Positions 59,499 through 64,000 of a stretch of 64,000 bases of DNA are shown one piece after another. The stretch lies in the NCBI RefSeq assembly GCF_009914755.1, contig NC_060930.1; one strand, 5' to 3'. The first letter of the stretch is position 1. The number at the start of each line of letters is the position of its first letter. This DNA comes from the human T2T-CHM13v2.0 reference genome, Homo sapiens. The notes beneath the pieces are model-generated. The model was not told where the DNA came from, ran no database searches, and was given only the letters and a program-made list of their open reading frames with translations. Position numbers and translations under genes: made by a program.

Positions 59499-60319
59499 AC
59501 TTTCATATCTTTATATCTGCAGCAGCACCAAAACAAGCCTTGGACACTGCAGACATGCAGTGAAGATGTGTTCTGCTAATGGAAAAAGTAAGTCAACAGT
59601 TTTGAAACCCCACTAGATGAAGGCATGTGGGAGGTAACAGGCTGAAAATGAGATTTCTATCTTAAAGTAGTTCATAATCTCAAGACAAAAGATATGAAAT
59701 TACTTATACAATCAACAGGGACTGCATACATGTAAATACAGAGGAAGTTCCTGGAATGGCTGCATTTATCAGGATTAGGCTGAGAACACTGAGACTCACC
59801 TTAAAAGGAATAAGAATTGTGAGGCCATTCAGCCACAAATAATTACTCCAAAGAGGTACAAGGCAACAGTATTCAAAAAACAGCAAGAACATCTCCAAGA
59901 GTGCAGTAAAGAACAGCATCATTAGCCAATGGGGGTGAGCTTTTAAGAGTGGCTGGCAGAGGGCCTGGAGACAGCAATGCAAAGCCAGAGCCTGAGCTTC
60001 TTTAAAGCCTATTTAATAAGGTTCCCACTTTGGAAAAGGAGTGTGTCAAGAACCGATGGGAGGGGAAGGCTAGAATAAGAAGCCTGACAATACGTACTAG
60101 AGATACACAGCAGACAGGACACCCTGGCTGTCCGCACTATTCTCAAGCGGGAATTTGGGACAACCCATTTAAGAGCCCATCTTGGCACAAATGCCATGAT
60201 AGCCCCAAGTGCCAGAGCAGTGGCATTTGAATCTGAAATCTCTTCTTAGAGTAAGACTATTTATTTCTCTCTGTCTCATAAGGCTCACCACAGTCTGTAT
60301 AACAAAATGACTTACAGCA

Positions 60320-60500
60320 ACTGCTGAGATCTGGGTTCAGATCTCAGTTCTGACACTCATTAGATGTACGACCTCAGGGAACATATTTAACCTTACTTAG
60401 CCAGGGATAAATGGGGATACTTATTATACCTGTCTCTTAGGTAGGGATATACAAAATGCTTAGCAGAGTGAATAGCTCAGTAAGTTCTCAGCCAATATTA
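60320..60500 (+). mobile_element. MIR
   Basis: ctgggttcagatctcagttctgacact...aaaatgcttagcagagtg...gctcagtaa. Confidence 0.55.
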
Positions 60501-61475
60501 TTAAGAAAACATACAATAAGGTATGGATTTTCAGACCCCTTGCATTAACACCACAGTGCTCCAGAGATCCTTGATACTCAAGTTGGGAGTCACTGTCCTG
60601 GAATACAAATAAAAAACATAAAAGAGCAGTAAATTCCATCTGCAAGTGTTTATGTGGTAGCTACAGAATTCAGCACTATGCTAGGGGTACAGAAGCCAAT
60701 GCAACACCAAATGAGGAGACAATGCAGAGGGCAGATGCCGGAGGGAAGAAAGAAACACTGGGGCAGAGATTCAACCCAACCTGAAAGCCATGCAGGTGTT
60801 TTAAGTTGGAAATGAAATGAGGAACCAAAAAATTCCAGTCAGGGAGTGGTCTGCTGAGTGTGGTGCTTCAGGTAGACTCCCATGACAGGCTGCAGGACAA
60901 ACTAGAGTGGGGGCCCACTTCCATACCTTCCTGGCCACTCAGTTCCAGCCAAATGACTGCTCTTAAAAGTCAAAATTAGGTTCCATTTCTAATCTGCACT
61001 GATTCATACTGCTGGTCGTGTAAATTGGTATAGGCCACACCAACACAGCACATTAGTTAAGATGTTAATCTTAACTAATTTCCGGACAATACTAAAATAA
61101 AATCTCTACTTTCCAGAGATTAGGTAAACTTGGTAAACATTTGAGCTTCAGGTCCAGTCTGACAAAATGGAAAAAAGGGAATCATCTGCAGAAAGGTCCC
61201 AGCATTAGAAAACAAAGAGAAGGGGGAGGACAGTATGTAGGCCCTGACCTGTCTTACTGCCTCAATTCAAGGATTCAATTTCTCAACCTCAGATCCTTGC
61301 CCTCTTACTAGTTTTCAAACTCAGATCCACCTCTTACTAGTTTTCAAACTCTTGTCTATTATGATTACCTTAAGCAAAGCAAGATGCATGAATAACCAGC
61401 AGTAAATCAGGTATTCAATACTTGAAATTGTGTAATATTCTGTGACTGTGCATCTGGCCAATTTCAACTTCTCCT

Positions 61476-61477
<2 letters not shown>

Positions 61478-61511
<34 letters not shown>

Positions 61512-61803
61512 AGGCAGGATCTCACTCTCTTGCCCCAGGCTGGAGTACAGTGGTACCATCATTGCTCACTGCAGCAGCCTCAGACTCCCGGACTCAAGTG
61601 ATCCTCCTGCCTCAGCCTCCTGAGTAGCTAGCACTACAGGTGAGCACCAACATGCCTGCCTCATTTTTTAAATTTTTTTGTAGAGACAACGTCTCAATAT
61701 GTTGCCCAGGCTGGTCTCAAACTCCTGGCCTCACCTCGAGCAATCCTTCCACCTCTGCACACCGAAGTGCTGAGATTTCAAGTATGAGCCGCTGCCTCCT
61801 GCC
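61478..61803 (-). mobile_element. AluJ-like SINE
   Basis: Long poly(T) followed by a reverse dimer. Confidence 0.88.
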
Positions 61804-61829
61804 CACTTAGCCCTTTCTAACACTAGAGA

Positions 61830-62030
61830 ACTTTGAGAGTGGTTTCAATACCAACTGGACACTTCCCAGCGGTTTAACCTCAGGCAAATCAAACTCCCAT
61901 GCCTCAGTTTCCACATATATAGAGATAATAAAAGTACCTCCTCAAAGAGTTTGTTATGAGAACTAAATGAGTTAATGTTAGGCAAGCGACTGGAACATGA
62001 TAGACACAATATGTATTAGCCATTATCACC
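61830..62030 (+). mobile_element. MIR
   Basis: gcctcagtttccac...ataataaaagtacctcctcaaagagtttgttatgagaactaaatgag. Confidence 0.75.
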
Positions 62031-62479
62031 TTTATCTCAGTGTTATATTGGCCACCACCCAGAGATACCCAGGAGCACACACATCACATTCTTTCTACAG
62101 CAATATGTGGGCACGATTACTTCATGACCACTGAATCTAAAACAGCACAGCTTGGTAAGACACAGCGGTCGGATCCCACCTACTGCAACACCTCTAAGAG
62201 GCGACCCTCACAAACCAGCCATGCTTAGCCTGAGACATTCCGAAGACCTCCTCTTGATTACCTTACTCGACGAACTTATTCCTTTGAAAATGGAACTAGC
62301 CGCACTTTTGGACCAGTGTGCCTCGGATACACTTCCAAATGTGTCAACCTGAATCTCAGAAGTTGGCGTGATTTTAAAAAGTTTTTTAAGTTCTTTTTCC
62401 TAAACATGTCCTAGTAGGTGACTCCACAGCATTACTTTCTTTCATGTTCTCTTTTCTATCTGGAAATCCGGTGATAGGG

Positions 62480-63560
62480 GACGAAACCAGCAAAGCACCC
62501 TTTTTCTTGCTTCCCAAACGTTAGCAGGTAAGCGCCCCTTGAGCCGAGACACATCAAGAAGACCTCACCCGCAAGTTCATTGATCACCGGTTCTTTTCCC
62601 TTTCCGGCACTAGGAGCTGCGAAGCACGACATGGGCTTGGAGGAAGAGACGCTGCGGTCACCTGAGGGGCAGGTGAGAGCGGGCGGTCCTGCCCGGGTGT
62701 GAGCGCGACATCCCGCGCGGCACACACGCTCACAGCCCCCAGAGAAAGACCAGAGGCGCTCGATGTATCCCGCACACCCCACACGCAACACACTAACTGC
62801 ACCGTACCTTCCGTCCCACCTCCCGGCAGCAGACCCCTTCCGGGACGCCGAGAGGGCTGTTCCTGGAGAGACCGCAGCCCACGAGTAGCGGCGCGTAGGG
62901 AGAGCACGCGTGCCCAGGCTGCCTCGGCCGGCGCGCCCCCGCCCCCGCACTCACCTGGCCTGTGATACCGGTGATGAGCGCCACGTTCCTGGGCTTGCCC
63001 ATCTCGCCGTCCCCGGAGCCCCGGGCGCTGGGGCAGCGTGCCGGTGCGTGTGCCATGTCCCGCGGCGGGCGTGCGGTCGGCGGCAGGGCGGAGCGCGGCA
63101 GAGGGCAGGCGCGGTGCCGGCAGGAACGCGGGGGTGTGCAGCACGAAGCGCCTCTCCAGGCTGCGGGCAGGGAGGGAGAGCGCACCGCGCGACCGGCCGC
63201 CACAGTCTGACAGGGGCGCACGGGAGGCCGTGCAGGGAGGGCCGGGGGCGGGCCGAGCCGGCCAAGGCGGGCCCGACGGGCCAAGCAGCGGGGCTGCGGC
63301 CTGACTGGCGCAGCGTCATTCGCGTCAGCCGGCGACGCTGTAGCAGGCCCCGCCCCTCCGCCGACGGCCACCGCGCGGGAGGGGCGGGGCCTGCCGCCGC
63401 CACCGCCTCAGGGAAGAGGAAGGAGGCCGCGGCTTCGCGTCCCGCCTCTCGCCTGGCTGGCCGTGGGGGGCCTGGACGCAGTGGCCTCCCGAATCTCCCA
63501 GGACCCTAATATCGCCCGAGGATGCTGGGAGGAACGCTGAGCCGACCTCTCCGTTAGGCT
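62480..63560. promoter_or_regulatory. CpG island / bidirectional GC-box promoter of GMDS
   Basis: Very high GC and CpG density around exon 1. Sp/KLF GC boxes at ~63245-63254 (GGGGCGGGCC), ~63348-63355 (CCCCGCCC) and 63381-63390 (GGGGCGGGGC). Two CGTCA half-CRE motifs at ~63313-63327. No TATA box seen. Confidence 0.88.
62955..63056 (-). CDS. GMDS: GDP-mannose 4,6-dehydratase, coding part of exon 1 (34 aa, phase-0 intron follows)
   Basis: Translates [34 protein letters not shown], the recognisable human GMDS N-terminus, ending in the start of the SDR Rossmann GxxGxxG motif (ALITGITGQ). The ATG is in a strong Kozak context (gggacATGG). Canonical donor CAG|GTGAGT at 62955/62954. Length is 102 nt. 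Confidence 0.97.
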
Positions 63561-64000
63561 GAAGGTCTGAATTTTCAAACCCAGGGGTCACAGGGCCGGG
63601 GTCATGGACTTTGATAAATAATTCCTGGAAACCTGTTGCAGTGCCCTTTGAGAAGCCCGGTTTATGGTACCTGAAGGGCAGTAGCGTACAAGGCCCGTAA
63701 ACGGGGGTCACAGATGTGGGAGTGACTAACTAGGCTGGCTCTCGCTCTTCTGGCCTTTCCTGAGGCTCGGAACCAGTAACGAGGTTCCAAATAGCTGAAT
63801 TCAAAGTTTTCTCTTCTGAGGACTGCCAGTGCACAAGAAAGTCCCTAGCCCCACCCGTATGCGGCATAAGGAAATGTTGAAAAGACTGCCCGGGTCAATA
63901 AACCTGGACGTGGCAGATTTCAAAGAAAGTAATTCAAACACAGGTGGGGTCCCGGCTTACATCTGTTGGATTTGGCTGCCATTTGGCAGCTGCTCGTTGG
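63340..64000 (+). ncRNA. GMDS-DT: 5' region of the divergent lncRNA from the GMDS promoter (boundaries not determinable from sequence)
   Basis: Based on prior knowledge that GMDS has a head-to-head lncRNA (GMDS-DT/GMDS-AS1). The sequence itself shows only a CpG-island promoter with GC boxes on both strands. Confidence 0.5.

Noticed and set aside
62456-63711. Several overlapping 80-199 aa ORFs around exon 1
   Set aside because: These reflect stop-codon depletion in the CpG island. Only the 34-codon GMDS segment has recognisable homology and a splice donor.

Overview
Primate (human-like) genomic DNA containing the 5' end of GMDS (GDP-mannose 4,6-dehydratase) on the minus strand. Coding exon 1 (63056-62955, 34 codons, [34 protein letters not shown]) lies in a CpG-island promoter at the right end of the window. 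From prior knowledge of the locus, this promoter is shared with the divergent lncRNA GMDS-DT. The remaining ~63 kb is part of the very long GMDS intron 1. It contains about 22 Alus or Alu fragments, L1/L2/MIR remnants, DNA-transposon fossils (Tigger1, Tigger4, MER2, MER3, MER5, MER58) and LTRs (a 2.2-kb MER52 solo LTR, MaLR, MLT2, LTR47-like). No other ORF in the track is credible, and I cannot support a new multi-gene system here. The most interesting items are: (i) a 26 x 80-bp minisatellite amplified from an L2 fragment, in which each unit reads as branch point + pyrimidine-rich tract + AG on the GMDS sense strand; (ii) a 226-bp locally templated insertion flanked by a 12-bp direct repeat, with no poly(A); (iii) several fold-back/template-switch scars; (iv) a second strong-Kozak Met that would remove the GMDS tankyrase-binding motif. 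Repeat subfamily names come from recalled consensus sequences, were not run through RepeatMasker, and most repeat boundaries are approximate.
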